Below the pieces are notes generated by a model, which did not search any database, was not told the origin of the DNA, and worked only from the letters and a program-made list of their open reading frames with translations. A stretch of DNA of 64,000 nucleotides, taken from the NCBI GenBank assembly GCA_951406725.2, contig OX597823.1, positions 77,252,001 through 77,316,000 of the forward strand, read 5' to 3'. This DNA is from Octopus vulgaris (Eukaryota). Below are positions 41,733 to 52,859 of the stretch, piece after piece (the stretch's first letter is position 1; each line of letters opens with the position of its first letter). The position numbers and the translations under genes are program-made.

Positions 41733-42676
41733 CTCTTGCTCTAATTGCTGAGTCACTATCAGAACTGGAGGAGAAGTTTCAGGTGTGGAAACAAGGATTA
41801 GAATCAAAGGGCCTTAGAATCAACCTAGCCAAAACCAAAGTCTTAATAAGTAGGAAGGTGGACCAATCACAAACGACTTCAGGTAGATGGCCCTGCTCGA
41901 TCTGTAAAAAAGGTGTAGGTAGAAACTCTATAAGGTGCACCAAGTGTAAGCTATGGACACATAAGAGGTGCAGCAATGTCAAAGGAAGGCTAACTAAGAA
42001 AATAGTTTTTGTCTGTGGCAGATGCTCAGGAGCAATAAACACTGGAAATGTGCAGAGACCAACTTCTACCACGTTCCAGGGAGACAAACTAGAAGTCGTT
42101 GATAGCTTCCGCTACCTAGGAGACCAAGTCAGTAGCAGTGGTGGGTGTACTGAAAGTGTAACTGCTAGAGTAAGAATAGCCTGGGCAAAGTTTAGAGAGC
42201 TCTTACCCCTGCTGGTGACAAAAGGCCTCTCGCTAAGAGTAAAAGGCAGACTGTATGATGCATGTGTATGTACAGCCATGCTACATGGTAGTGAAACATG
42301 GGCCGTGACTGCTGAGGATATGCGTAAGCTCGCAAGAAATGAAGCCAGTATGCTCCGATGGATGTGTAATGTCAGTGTTCATAATCGTCAGAGTGTAAGT
42401 ACTTTGACAGAAAAGTTGAACCTAAGAAGCGTCAGTTGTGGTGTGCAAGAGAGACGGCTGCGCTGGTATGGTCATGTGACGAGAATGGCTGAAGATAGTT
42501 GTGTGCAAAAGTGCTACACCCTAGCAGTTGAGGGAACCTGTGGAAGAGGTAGACCCAGGAAAACCTGGGACGAGGTAGTGAAGCACGACCTTCGAACTTT
42601 AGGTCTCACCAAGGAAATGACTAGAGACCGAGTCCTATGGAAGTGTGCTGTGCATGAGAGGACCCGGCAGGACTAG
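41733..42676 (+). pseudogene. Truncated RTE reverse transcriptase ORF with PHD-like insert
   Basis: From ORF track 41666..42676; the first ~22 aa are microsatellite/poly-T and are not part of the element. Confidence 0.9.
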
Positions 42677-43616
42677 TCAGGCCATAACCCGTGGCCCCTA
42701 CCTGGGACGTAGTCGGTTCACCTGTGCATACCTGCCTTCTTGTGACACTTGTGAAGACCTGCTGAGGCAAGTGAAAATCAATCAAAACAAATCAAAATAG
42801 ATGAACATCAATGGAATATGTATCTTTGTGGTACCAGTGCCGGTGGCACACAAGAAAACCATCCGAACGTGGCCGTACCCAGTACCGCATCGACTGGCCA
42901 TCGTGCTGTGAGCACATAACAAACACCATCCGATCGTGGCCGTTCGCCAGCCTCATCTAGCACCTGTGTCGGTGGCACATAAAAACACCATCCGAAGACC
43001 CGGCAAGACTAGTCAGGACATAACCCATGGCCCCTACCTGGGACGTAGTCAGTCCACCTGTGCATACCTTCCTCCTTGTGATACTTGTGAAGGCCTGTTG
43101 AGGCAAGTGAAAATCAAAATCAAATCAAAACAAATCAAAATAGATGAACATCAATGGAATTTGTATCTTTGTGGTACCAGTGCCGGTGGCACACAAGAAA
43201 ACCATCCGAACGTGGCCGTACCCAGTACCGCATCGACTGGCCATCGTGCTGTGAGCACATAACAAACACCATCCGATCGTGGCCGTTTGCCAGCCTCATC
43301 TGGCACCTGTATCGGTGGCACATAAAAACACCATCCGAGCGTGGCCGTCTGCCAGCCTCGTCTGGCACCTGTGTCGGTGGCACATAAAAAACACCATCCG
43401 AGCGTGGCCGTTTGCCAGCCTCGTCTGGCACCTGTGTCAGTGGCACATAAAATCACCCACTACACTCTCGGAGTGGTTGGCGTTAGGAAGGGCATCCAGC
43501 TGTAGAAACACTGCCAGATCTGACTGGACTGGTGCAGCCTTCGGGCTCCCCAAACCCCAGTTGAACCGTCCAACCCATGCTAGCATGGATAGCGGACGTC
43601 AAATGATGATGATGAT
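41733..43616 (+). mobile_element. Young 5'-truncated RTE LINE: RT C-terminal half, duplicated 3'UTR, (GAT)n tail
   Basis: Open frame to 42676 begins just after the YADD motif (LALIAESLSEL...INLAKTKVL...LEVVDSFRYLG...MLHGSETW...RRLRWYGHV.RM...RGRPRKTW); tail AAATGATGATGATGAT. Confidence 0.95.
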
Positions 43617-43745
43617 CCTTTCTGTTGAAGAGTGTAGGCTCGAAACATCTAAGACTAATCCATTCTTCCTGAGTATTAAACTAATACACCTGCTTGTTAT
43701 TTCTACACCTCTCTTCATCTTTTGCTTTCTGTAAATTTGAACTAT
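43617..43745 (+). mobile_element. HH family 2-related fragment with hammerhead-like motif
   Basis: 43618-43653 CTTT-CTGTTGA-A-GAGT-GTAG-GCTC-GAAAC-ATC-TAAG; ends AACTATATA like the copy at 7150. Confidence 0.6.
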
Positions 43746-44074
43746 ATACATACATCCACATGAGTGTGTGTGTGTATATATATATACATATATATATATA
43801 TATCCTGTCACAACCTGGGACCTCGAAGACTGCTATAATGCAAGAAAGTATACTAGTCCCTTAATATTTCATATATTATGTTTTATATTCTCTATTTCAT
43901 CTATTTAATAAGACAATCAATATTTCATTTCATTTTACTATATACATATTATTTATACTATATATTCTACATTAATATTATAAAGAATATAAATAAAATG
44001 TAAAAAACAGACAGAGTTGGAATTTCTTTGAATAATATATATCCCTCTATACACAATCATACAATCCCCTTTTC

Positions 44075-44122
<48 letters not shown>

Positions 44123-44279
44123 ACATACTGATGCTGCCAACACCAACAGTGATGACAACATTGGCAGTAATTAGGATGCAGATGTGACAGATGTCTGTGA
44201 ACACAACTCTGGAGCTGAAACCTGTATATTGTAGCATTTATGCCAGAATATAGCATATACAGAAATAAAAAAAATTGGT

Positions 44280-44490
44280 TTCAAATGTTGGCACAAGGCC
44301 AGCAATTTTGGGCGAGGAGATAAGTCAGTTACATCAATCCTAGTGATCAACATGTACTTATTTTATCAGCTCCAAAAGAAAGAATGTCAAAGTCGACACC
44401 AGCAGAATTTGGATTCAGAATATAATGACGGCTGAAATGCCACTAGGCATATTGCTTAGCATGCTTACAACTCAGCCAGCTCTCTGCGTT
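44280..44490 (-). mobile_element. SINE-B diverged copy
   Basis: Reverse complement similarity. Confidence 0.7.
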
Positions 44491-44709
44491 GAATATGAAA
44501 ATAAATATTAACATTCCATATTTCCTGGTACACAAGCCAACATATTACATAGTGTAAACATTCAAATTTCAGCACTACCTTTCCAAATCCTGCTGCTTTT
44601 CACATGTTCCTAAGTCATCCTGGTGTATGAATTAACTTACCTTTATTTGGCTATGAATTTTTATCTGGAAAATTTAACTAGTATGATGGAAAAATACAGC
44701 TTTAGCTTT

Positions 44710-45176
44710 TATCGAAATCAAATTCAATGACTGGCATCCATGCTAGTGGAGCACTAAGAGCACCACCTGAGCATGATCATTGCCAGAGCAGCTGATTGGC
44801 TTCTGTACGAGTGGCATGTAAAAAGCACCAATTGATTGTGATCGCTACCAGTGTCGCCTTACTGGCATATGAAAAACAATTTGAGCGGGGTCATTGCCAG
44901 TGCCACTGGAGTGGCTCCTGTGCAGGTGGCACATAAAAAACACCATTTGAGTGTGGCTGTAGCCAGTACCACCAGACTGGCCCTCATGTCGGTGACACGT
45001 AAAAGCACCCACTACACTCTTGGAGTGGTTGGCGTAAGGAAGGACATCCAGCTGTAGAAACTCTGCTAGATCAGATTGGAGCCTGGAGCATCCATCTGGT
45101 TCACCAGACCTCAGTCAAATCGTCCAACTCATGCTAGCATGGAAAGCCGACGTTAAACGATGATGATGATGATGAT
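44710..45176 (+). mobile_element. RTE 3'UTR fragment (second subfamily)
   Basis: Repeats with the GGCACATAAAAAGCACC core and RTE terminus plus (GAT)n; related to 56780-57422. Confidence 0.85.
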
Positions 45177-45658
45177 ATTGATTCCGAACAATATTTGAAG
45201 AAGAAACAACCAACGTTATTTCTTCTTTAAGTATAAGTTTGAAAACTGAGTCAATGGAGAGAAGTCACAACTAGATGAAATCTCCAATGTTCAATGCACA
45301 ATTCACTGATATCCGAGCAGCTAAAATTTGACAGCAGAAAGACACTTAGAAATAGAGTGTAGGAAGTTAAGACCTGAACCATCTGCCTGAGCGGGTTTCT
45401 TCTTTGAAGCCTTTCCTACTATTCAAACTCTCTTGAGAGTCTCTGACCACTACAACGTCACAGATTTTTGTTGTGGTGGATTATTTTGACCTTGCTCTTT
45501 CAATGTCATTTTATGTTATTGAATTGAGGAGAATGAAAATGATGTTGACTTCAACAAAACTTGAACTCTAACTGTCAAGTGATTTAGCTATGTTAATTTC
45601 TTCCTTCGCTGTTTTTTTTTTCCTTAACCAATTTTGTCCCAAACAAGACTTGAGACAA

Positions 45659-45850
45659 TACAGTTCTATATTTAAGAGATGAGGAATTATGTACATTATC
45701 TACATTATTTACATTTGATGGCTATTTCTCCTCATCTTGTTTGTTGTTAACACAACGTTTCAGCACTGATATACCCTCCAACCTTCATCAGGTGTCTTAG
45801 GGAACCTGGGTTCTCATTCCTGAGGTATTTTTCAGTGTTATTATTATTAA
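45659..45850 (-). mobile_element. HH family 1 element (hammerhead-like motif at 45749-45796)
   Basis: Minus strand GACAC-CTGATGA-A-GGTTG...-GAAAC-GTT-GTGTT; adjacent to (AAT)n. Confidence 0.75.
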
Positions 45851-45904
45851 GAGTGCAGGCTACTAACCTCAAGATTCTGAGTTCAGTTCTAGGCAGTGAT
45901 CTGT

Positions 45905-45935
<31 letters not shown>

Positions 45936-45939
45936 TAAC

Positions 45940-46099
45940 AACAACAACACCGAAAAATACATTAAGAATGAGAACCCAGGTTCGAAATTTCTCCAAGACA
46001 CTTGATGAAGGCTGGAGGGTACATCGGCACAGAAATGTTGTGTTAACAACAAATAAGATGAAGACAAATGCCCGTCAAATGTAAATAATGTAAATAATG
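45940..46099 (+). mobile_element. HH family 1 element (motif at 45997-46044)
   Basis: GACAC-TTGATGA-A-GGCTG...GAAAT-GTT-GTGTT; preceded by (AAT)n(AAC)n. Confidence 0.75.
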
Positions 46100-46363
46100 A
46101 AGGCTTGAGACTATTGTAGCTTAGGGGACTAGAGAGAAAGAAAAAATGGGACCTACAAATTCAAGATCTCTTCAAACAAGCAAGGCAGGATGTTGCCAAA
46201 GTGATGCTCCAGAATGGCAATTCAGCCACCAAAGCTATCGCTTCGCATGCAGACACAATAGGTGGACTGCATGTGCTAAGATAAGGCATGCACCTTGAGA
46301 GCTGTCCTACTTGTTTACCCCTGAGTGGTTTCACGTGCCAGTGAAGGCTGTGCTAGTGAAGGT

Positions 46364-46500
46364 CTAGTGGTTAGGGCATTGCACTCACAATTGCAAGATC
46401 ATGATTTCAAATCCCAGACTAGTTGTGCATTGTGTTCTTGGGCAAAACACTTTATTTCACATCGCTCCGGTCCACTCATCAGGCAAAAATGAGTAACCTT
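46364..46500 (+). mobile_element. SINE-E 5' part
   Basis: tRNA-like head and TTCTTGGGCAAAACACTTTATTTCAC core. Confidence 0.65.
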
Positions 46501-47997
46501 GTGCTGGGTTGACGTACAAGGGTCAGTTGGCAACCCAGGAAAACCACCTACATGGAGGTCTTGTGAGCCTCATTTCACATTCATGAATCAAAAGGAGGAA
46601 TAGTAAAAACTCTCTCTGTGAATATTGACTAATTCGGGATTGGCTGGTCAGCCATGTTGAAGGTTCATTCATTTATCATCATTCAAATGATGACTTTCTC
46701 TGAGTCTACAAATTCACTGAAGGATATATTATTTAAAATATAGATTTTTAGAATTTCACTAAATTGAAAGCTACTAATCTTAATAAATTGTAACAAAAGT
46801 CAGAAAACTAGACTAAATTTGCATATTTTGTTTCATATCGCTTTGCTTCAATTATCTACCTGAATGGTTTTTATTTATGAATCTATGAAAATGATGTTAT
46901 TTGATTTCAGTGAGATATTAAAGGTATATCCAGCTGATACAATATATTATTTCAATATAGTATGTCACTTTATTCTCTTTATCTCAGATGAAATATGAAG
47001 CTTCTTGTTTCAATAAGTTGAATTTATTGTGTAAACAAAGTCAATAGACATATAACCACTGCTCTACTTTTTGGTTTAATAAATGAGAACTTTATTTCAA
47101 AGTCTGAATTTGATTCTAAAATATTTACTTCAAGCTTACTAAAATTGAGTTCGATTACAACAGATCATATATGTGAGTGTGCATTTATATATATATATAT
47201 GTATGTATGTATGTATGTATACATACATATATATATGTATATATATGTATGTATACATACATACAAACATATACACGAATATATATGCCTGTATGTACAT
47301 ATGCATGTACCATATTTTCTGACACACAAGTCCGATTTTTAGACCAAAATTTATAGTCCCAAAGAAGTACCTAAAGCACCATATTGAATAGTAAAAACTC
47401 TTTCTGTGAATCATGACTAATTTGGGATTGGTTGGTCAGCTATGTCGAAGGTTAATTCATCATTATTCAGCTGATGAAATTCCATAGGATTTGGAAGGAT
47501 TTGATTGGTGAAGTGTCAGGATGAAAGAGAGAGAGGACAACAATGGTGAGGATAGACAAGATTCCACCTGCCGTCCAATGGCCAATTACTTTGCTTTTCT
47601 ACTTGTAACTACCGCTGTTGCTCTCTTCTCTTCTTTCCATCAGAGGCACCTCTCAGTGAATGAATACAATGACAATATAAGCAGTACCCTAGTATGGCCA
47701 ACCAATGCTGGTGTGTTTACGTCCCTGTAACTTTGTGGTTCAGCAAAAGTGACTGATAGAATAAGTACTAGGCTTAGGAAGAATAAGTCCTGGGGGTCGA
47801 TTTACTCAACTAAAGGTGGTGCTCCAGCATGGCCATAGAAAAATGACTGAAACAAATAAAAGAATATCCGTCCAGTGTAAATAATGAAGAGAATATATAT
47901 AGGAGATAGATAGATAGATAGATATATGTATATATTGGAGATAGATAGATATTTGTATATATACACATATACGTACATGTATATATATATATATATA

Positions 47998-48565
47998 TCA
48001 TCATCATCATCATCATCATCGTTTAACGTCCGTTTTCCGTGCTAGCACGGATTGGCCGGTTCGACCGGGGTCTGGGAAGCCAGGGGCTGCTCCAGGCTCC
48101 AGTCTGATCTGGCAGAGTTTCTACAGCTGGATGCCCTTCCTAACGCCAACCACTCCGCGAGTATAGTGGGTGCTTTTTATATATATATATATATATATAC
48201 ACACAGACACACATACATATATCTATATGTATGTATGTATATGTATATACATAATAAAAATGAAAAGATACGATCCTCAAAATGGCAATGATCGAGTCCA
48301 TTTGGCATTATGCCATGCTTGAGAAGACCAATCAAGCCAATTAAAACTGTAGTTGTGGTAGATACCAGTGGCACACAAATGGCATGTAAAAGCAACCATT
48401 ACACTCTTGGAGTGGTTGGCATTAAGAAGGGCATCCAGCCGTAGAAACCATGCCAAAATAGACTGGGGTCTGGTGCAGCCTTCCAGTTTGCAAGCCCTGG
48501 TCAAACCATGCAACTCATGCCAGCATGGACAACAGATGTTAAATGATGATTGACGATGATGATGA
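47998..48565. mobile_element. Two RTE 3' ends in opposite orientation (47998-48180 minus; about 48280-48565 plus)
   Basis: Both carry the RTE terminus and a (GAT)n/(CAT)n tail. Confidence 0.8.
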
Positions 48566-49089
48566 TTAGGGATATAATGCACTTCATCATTGAGGCTATG
48601 AGGAAACTGTAAGAAGCTTCTCAGGCACTCAACTATGAGTCTACCACATCTTAATAGTGAAAACAGTTGTAAGCTAATGAAGCTTGTAAGATAATCATTT
48701 ATTCTCTTGTCATCTCTTTTTTATTATATATATATATATATACATAAGAGATATAAATACATGCAATAGGCTTCTTTCAGTTTCCATATTTCAAATCAAA
48801 AGTTAAGTCAGTCCAGTGTCACTTAGTGGAATTGAACCTAAGACCACAATGCTTGAAAACAAACTTCATCACCATGCAGCCATGCCAGCACCTGAGCAAT
48901 TATAACGTCTAAAATTCTCCGGTGGATTAACATGATAATTAAAGCTCATATCTTGTGTTTCAATTTACACAATATTGTAATTAGTACCATCTCTTGTAAT
49001 TATAGTCAGATGTCCTATTTCTGACAATGTACATTTTGATAACATCTTGAAACTTTTATTTCTAAATAATGAATGTGATATTCTTCTTT

Positions 49090-49785
49090 CATTCTTTTAT
49101 TCTCTTACTTGTTTCAGTCATTAGACTGCAGCCATGCTGGGGCACTGCCTTGAAGAATTTTGGTCAAATAGATTCCCCACCAGTCCTTGTTTTCCTGTTT
49201 CTAAGCCTTGTACTTATTCTGTCAGTCTCCTTTGACTAACTGCTTAGATACTGGGATGTAACACATCAATACCAGTTGTCAATTGGGGGTTGGGAGTCAA
49301 ATACAGACACACACACATTACAAGATAAGGATAAAGACAAAGATCCTTCCTGAGTCATATAAACTCATAGGGTCAGTTTCAAGGGTTCTGTGGCATATAT
49401 ACTCCCCACCTAAATGGGACATGGATTTTACTCAGTCACGGGTTTTACTCATATTTTTCCCTGCTGAGTGGACTAGAGCAATGGGAAAATGAAGTGTTTA
49501 GCTCAAGTGCACAATCCATCATCCAGCTCAGGAATCAAAACCACAATCTTATGATCATGGGCCCAACACCCTAACTCAGCCATGCATTTCCATGAACTCA
49601 CACACACACACATACATATTCAACAGGCCTTCTTCCACTTTCCGTCTACAAAATACACTCAAAAGATTTTGGTTGGCCTAAGGCTTTAGTAGAAGACACT
49701 TATCTGAGTTACCATGCAGTGGAACTAAACCCAGAACCTTGGGGTTTAAGAAGCAAGCTTCTTAACACACAGCCATGCCTGCACC
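49090..49785 (-). mobile_element. Old SINE-A interrupted by a SINE-E-headed element (about 49335-49595)
   Basis: SINE-A tail and head flank an insert placed within the (CA)n tract. Confidence 0.7.
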
Positions 49786-49861
49786 TTATGTATTTGGTTG
49801 TATTGCCAATTGTTATGAAGATACTTTTTTACACTATAACCATGTAGTAACAATAAACATA

Positions 49862-50614
49862 CAGGGTGACCCAAAAGTAGGTTTACAGTTATTCAACTAT
49901 CTCTTTCGCATTCATATACCGTAAATCCTCAAGTATAATCCACACATTTTTCCCAAAATTTAAAGGTCAAAATCCCTAGTGCGTACTATATATGAGGTTT
50001 AAAAAGAAAAATATTTTCTAAGCCATGTCCAAGTCTTTATGTGCTGTCCAGCAATGTTTATTCAGACGCGTTTTGTGATGTCAGGTGGGAAAATACCTTA
50101 AGCTAAGCCTGAAAGCAATGAAGTCCTAAAAATATCATCCATAACTTGCAGTAAGCAGCATTCATTAAACGTTATTACTGTTATTTCTTTATTTTCTGCA
50201 AACAAAATGCACAAAAAAGTTACACGTTTGCATTATGTTATATATACAATAAAAATAAAGGACGTTACCATATACATTTTTACAAACCAAGGATGTTATA
50301 TAGACCTCCTTGACTCAAGTTAGAGAAGAGGTGCATATCATACACAAGGTTTAGGTTTTTCGAAGGTACAGCCCCCCTAAAAATCCCCTGCGTAATATAC
50401 TCAAGGGCGGACCATACTCGAGGATATACGGTATTAACAGTTTAGATCTTAATTATAAAAAAGTATGAAATCATTATTCTATGCTAATTTAGTTAATTTT
50501 GTCAAGCTCCCTTTTCAGTTTGTAAGATAGAAATTTAAATGTAATAAAATTTTTTTAAAGAAATTTAAAATGCCTACGTGATAACTATAAACCTACTTTT
50601 GGGGCCACTCTCTG
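49862..50614. mobile_element. Tc1/mariner-type MITE (host of nested MITE)
   Basis: TA|CAGGGTGACCCAAAAGTAGGTTTACAGTT ... AACTATAAACCTACTTTTGGGGCCACTCTCTG|TA. Confidence 0.85.
49919..50431. mobile_element. pogo/Tigger-like MITE nested at a TA site
   Basis: TA|CCGTAAATCCTCAAGTATAATCC ... GGACCATACTCGAGGATATACGG|TA. Confidence 0.88.
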
Positions 50615-50997
50615 TATAACAAAGCAGTGTAACAACAATGTAACAATCCAACAAACTCTCTATGAACTGTACACAAACCAACAAACGATATTCCAACAAA
50701 CTACCAAAATGATGTCTTATGACTTCCTGCGATTAACACCTACTCTGTTTCACTCAGACTGCTTCTGTTTATAGTCATTCAGTCAAGTGGGGTGCTGTGA
50801 CTCTTGCTACAACATATTTATATATTTATCATTGTAAATTTTGAATAGGAGTGACATCAGTTAGAGGTTGATTTCTAACAAGTCAATCACTTAATCACTG
50901 GTTATCTGATTGTGAGAATGACAAGGGAGTGTCAGTAAAGGGGTGCAGAGCAAATATTGAAAAGATTTTGATTAGAGAAAATTGTTTTGCTTCTTTC

Positions 50998-51314
50998 AAT
51001 TTACCCTTTTAGCATTCAGATTATTATGTCAAATGTAATATTTATTTATTCACGTTGTTTTGAATTAATCATATTTTATTTCAAAGCTTTAAGGTTATGA
51101 TAGTGGGACTCTTTTACTCTTTTACTTGTTTCAGTCATTTGACTGCAGCCATGCTGGAACACCACCTTTAGTCGAGCAAATCGAGCCCAGGACTTATTCC
51201 TTGTAAGCCTAGTACTTATTCTACCGGTCTCTTTTGCAGGAACATAAACACACCAGCATCAGTTGTCAAGTGATGTTGGGGGGACAAACATGGACACACA
51301 AACACACACACACA

Positions 51315-51345
<31 letters not shown>

Positions 51346-51633
51346 CATATATATGACAGGATTCTTTCAGACTCCGTCTACCAAATCCACACACAAGGCT
51401 TTGGTCGGCCTGAGGCTATAGTAGAAGACACTTGCCCAAGGTGACACACAGTGGAACTGAACCCAGAACCATGTGGTTGGTAAGCAAGCTATTTACCACA
51501 CAGGCACACCTGTTTATTTTTAGAATAACATTGTAGGGTAGGTGTGAGAGGCCAAATTTGGCCAGTTTGAACATAAAAAGGTTGAATATTTGAGTCAGAT
51601 ATGGAGATATGGTCAGTTTGAATGCTAAAGAGC
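50998..51633. mobile_element. piggyBac-like MITE interrupted by SINE-A (51108-51512, minus)
   Basis: Flanks are the reverse complement of 23170-23380. Confidence 0.75.
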
Positions 51634-51639
51634 TACACA

Positions 51640-52062
51640 GCCATGGCTGTGTGGTGGAAAAGCTTGTTTCTTGACCACATGGTTTAAAGTTCAGTCTCCT
51701 TGTGTGGCACCTTAGGCAAATATCTTCTACTCTAGCCCTGAACTGACCTAAAGTATGTGAGTGAGTTTGGTAGCAGGAAACGGTAAGAAGCCCATATACA
51801 TATGTGCATATAAATGTGTGTGTGTGTGTGAATGTGTTTGTGTGTGTCTTTGTCTTGGTATCGCATAATGTTGTAAATAAATGTCATTCATTTCCAATAT
51901 TCTGCAAAAACATGTCTGGCGATGGGGAAATATTGCCTTGCTTGGAAACAGGTAAGGGTTGACAATGGCAGGAATGGCATCTGGCCATAGAAAATCTGCT
52001 TCAATAAACTCCATCTGACCCATGCTAGCATGGAAAAGCGGACGTTAAAATGATGATGATGT
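51640..52062 (+). mobile_element. SINE with SINE-A head and RTE-derived tail
   Basis: Head ATGGCTGTGTGG...CACCTTAGGCAAATATCTTCTAC; tail GACCCATGCTAGCATGGAAAAGCGGACGTTAAAATGATGATGATG. Confidence 0.8.
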
Positions 52063-52169
52063 TCACGACGATGATGATGAGGAGGAGGAGGTCAATATTT
52101 ACAGTGTTCACAGATACACTCCACCAAAAGATATGGACACACAAACGCAAGCACACACACACACAGCGG

Positions 52170-52355
52170 ATATCATCATCACTGTTTAACGTCTGCTTTC
52201 CATGCTAGCATGGGTTGGACGATCTGACCGAGGTCTGGTGAACCAGATGGCTGCACCAGACTCCAATCTTGATCAGGCAGAGTTTTTACAGCTGGATGCC
52301 CTTCCTAACGCCAACCACTCTGAGAGTGTAGTGGGTGCTTTTACATGTCACCGGC
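52170..52355 (-). mobile_element. RTE 3' end
   Basis: Reverse complement of the RTE terminus. Confidence 0.85.
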
Positions 52356-52859
52356 ATCTGTCTGGATAATATCCAACAGCCAAATTCTTCCCAACAGGTA
52401 TTTGTAAATCAAAGGATATGATTCAAGACATTTATCCAAAGTTCTCTGCAAAAGCATCAAGATCTGATCTTACATGGCTACAGAGTGAACTTCTCAATCA
52501 AATAGACATATATCTTATAAAGTTAATGTCCTTTCTACTTATAGGCACAAGGCCTGAAATTTTAGGGGATGGAGTAAAATTACATCAACGCCAGCGCTCA
52601 ACAGGTGCTTCCTTTATTAACCCTGAAAGGATGAAAAACAAAATCAACTTCAGCAGAATTTTGAACTCAGAATATAAAGACCGCTAAACTACCACTAAGC
52701 ATGGCTCGCTGATGACTTTGCCAGCCAACCATCTTAATGATGATGACAATGGTGATGATGATGGCGATGACGATGGCACATAACAAAAGATGTAATTACA
52801 CAGGTATCAAAACTGCTAAATTGGAGAGCAGCAGAGCCAGATGGAATCCAAGGCTACTG

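Noticed and set aside
41666-42676. Functional host gene or intact LINE
   Set aside because: The ATG lies in flanking microsatellite, and the element is 5'-truncated, lacking the endonuclease and the catalytic YADD
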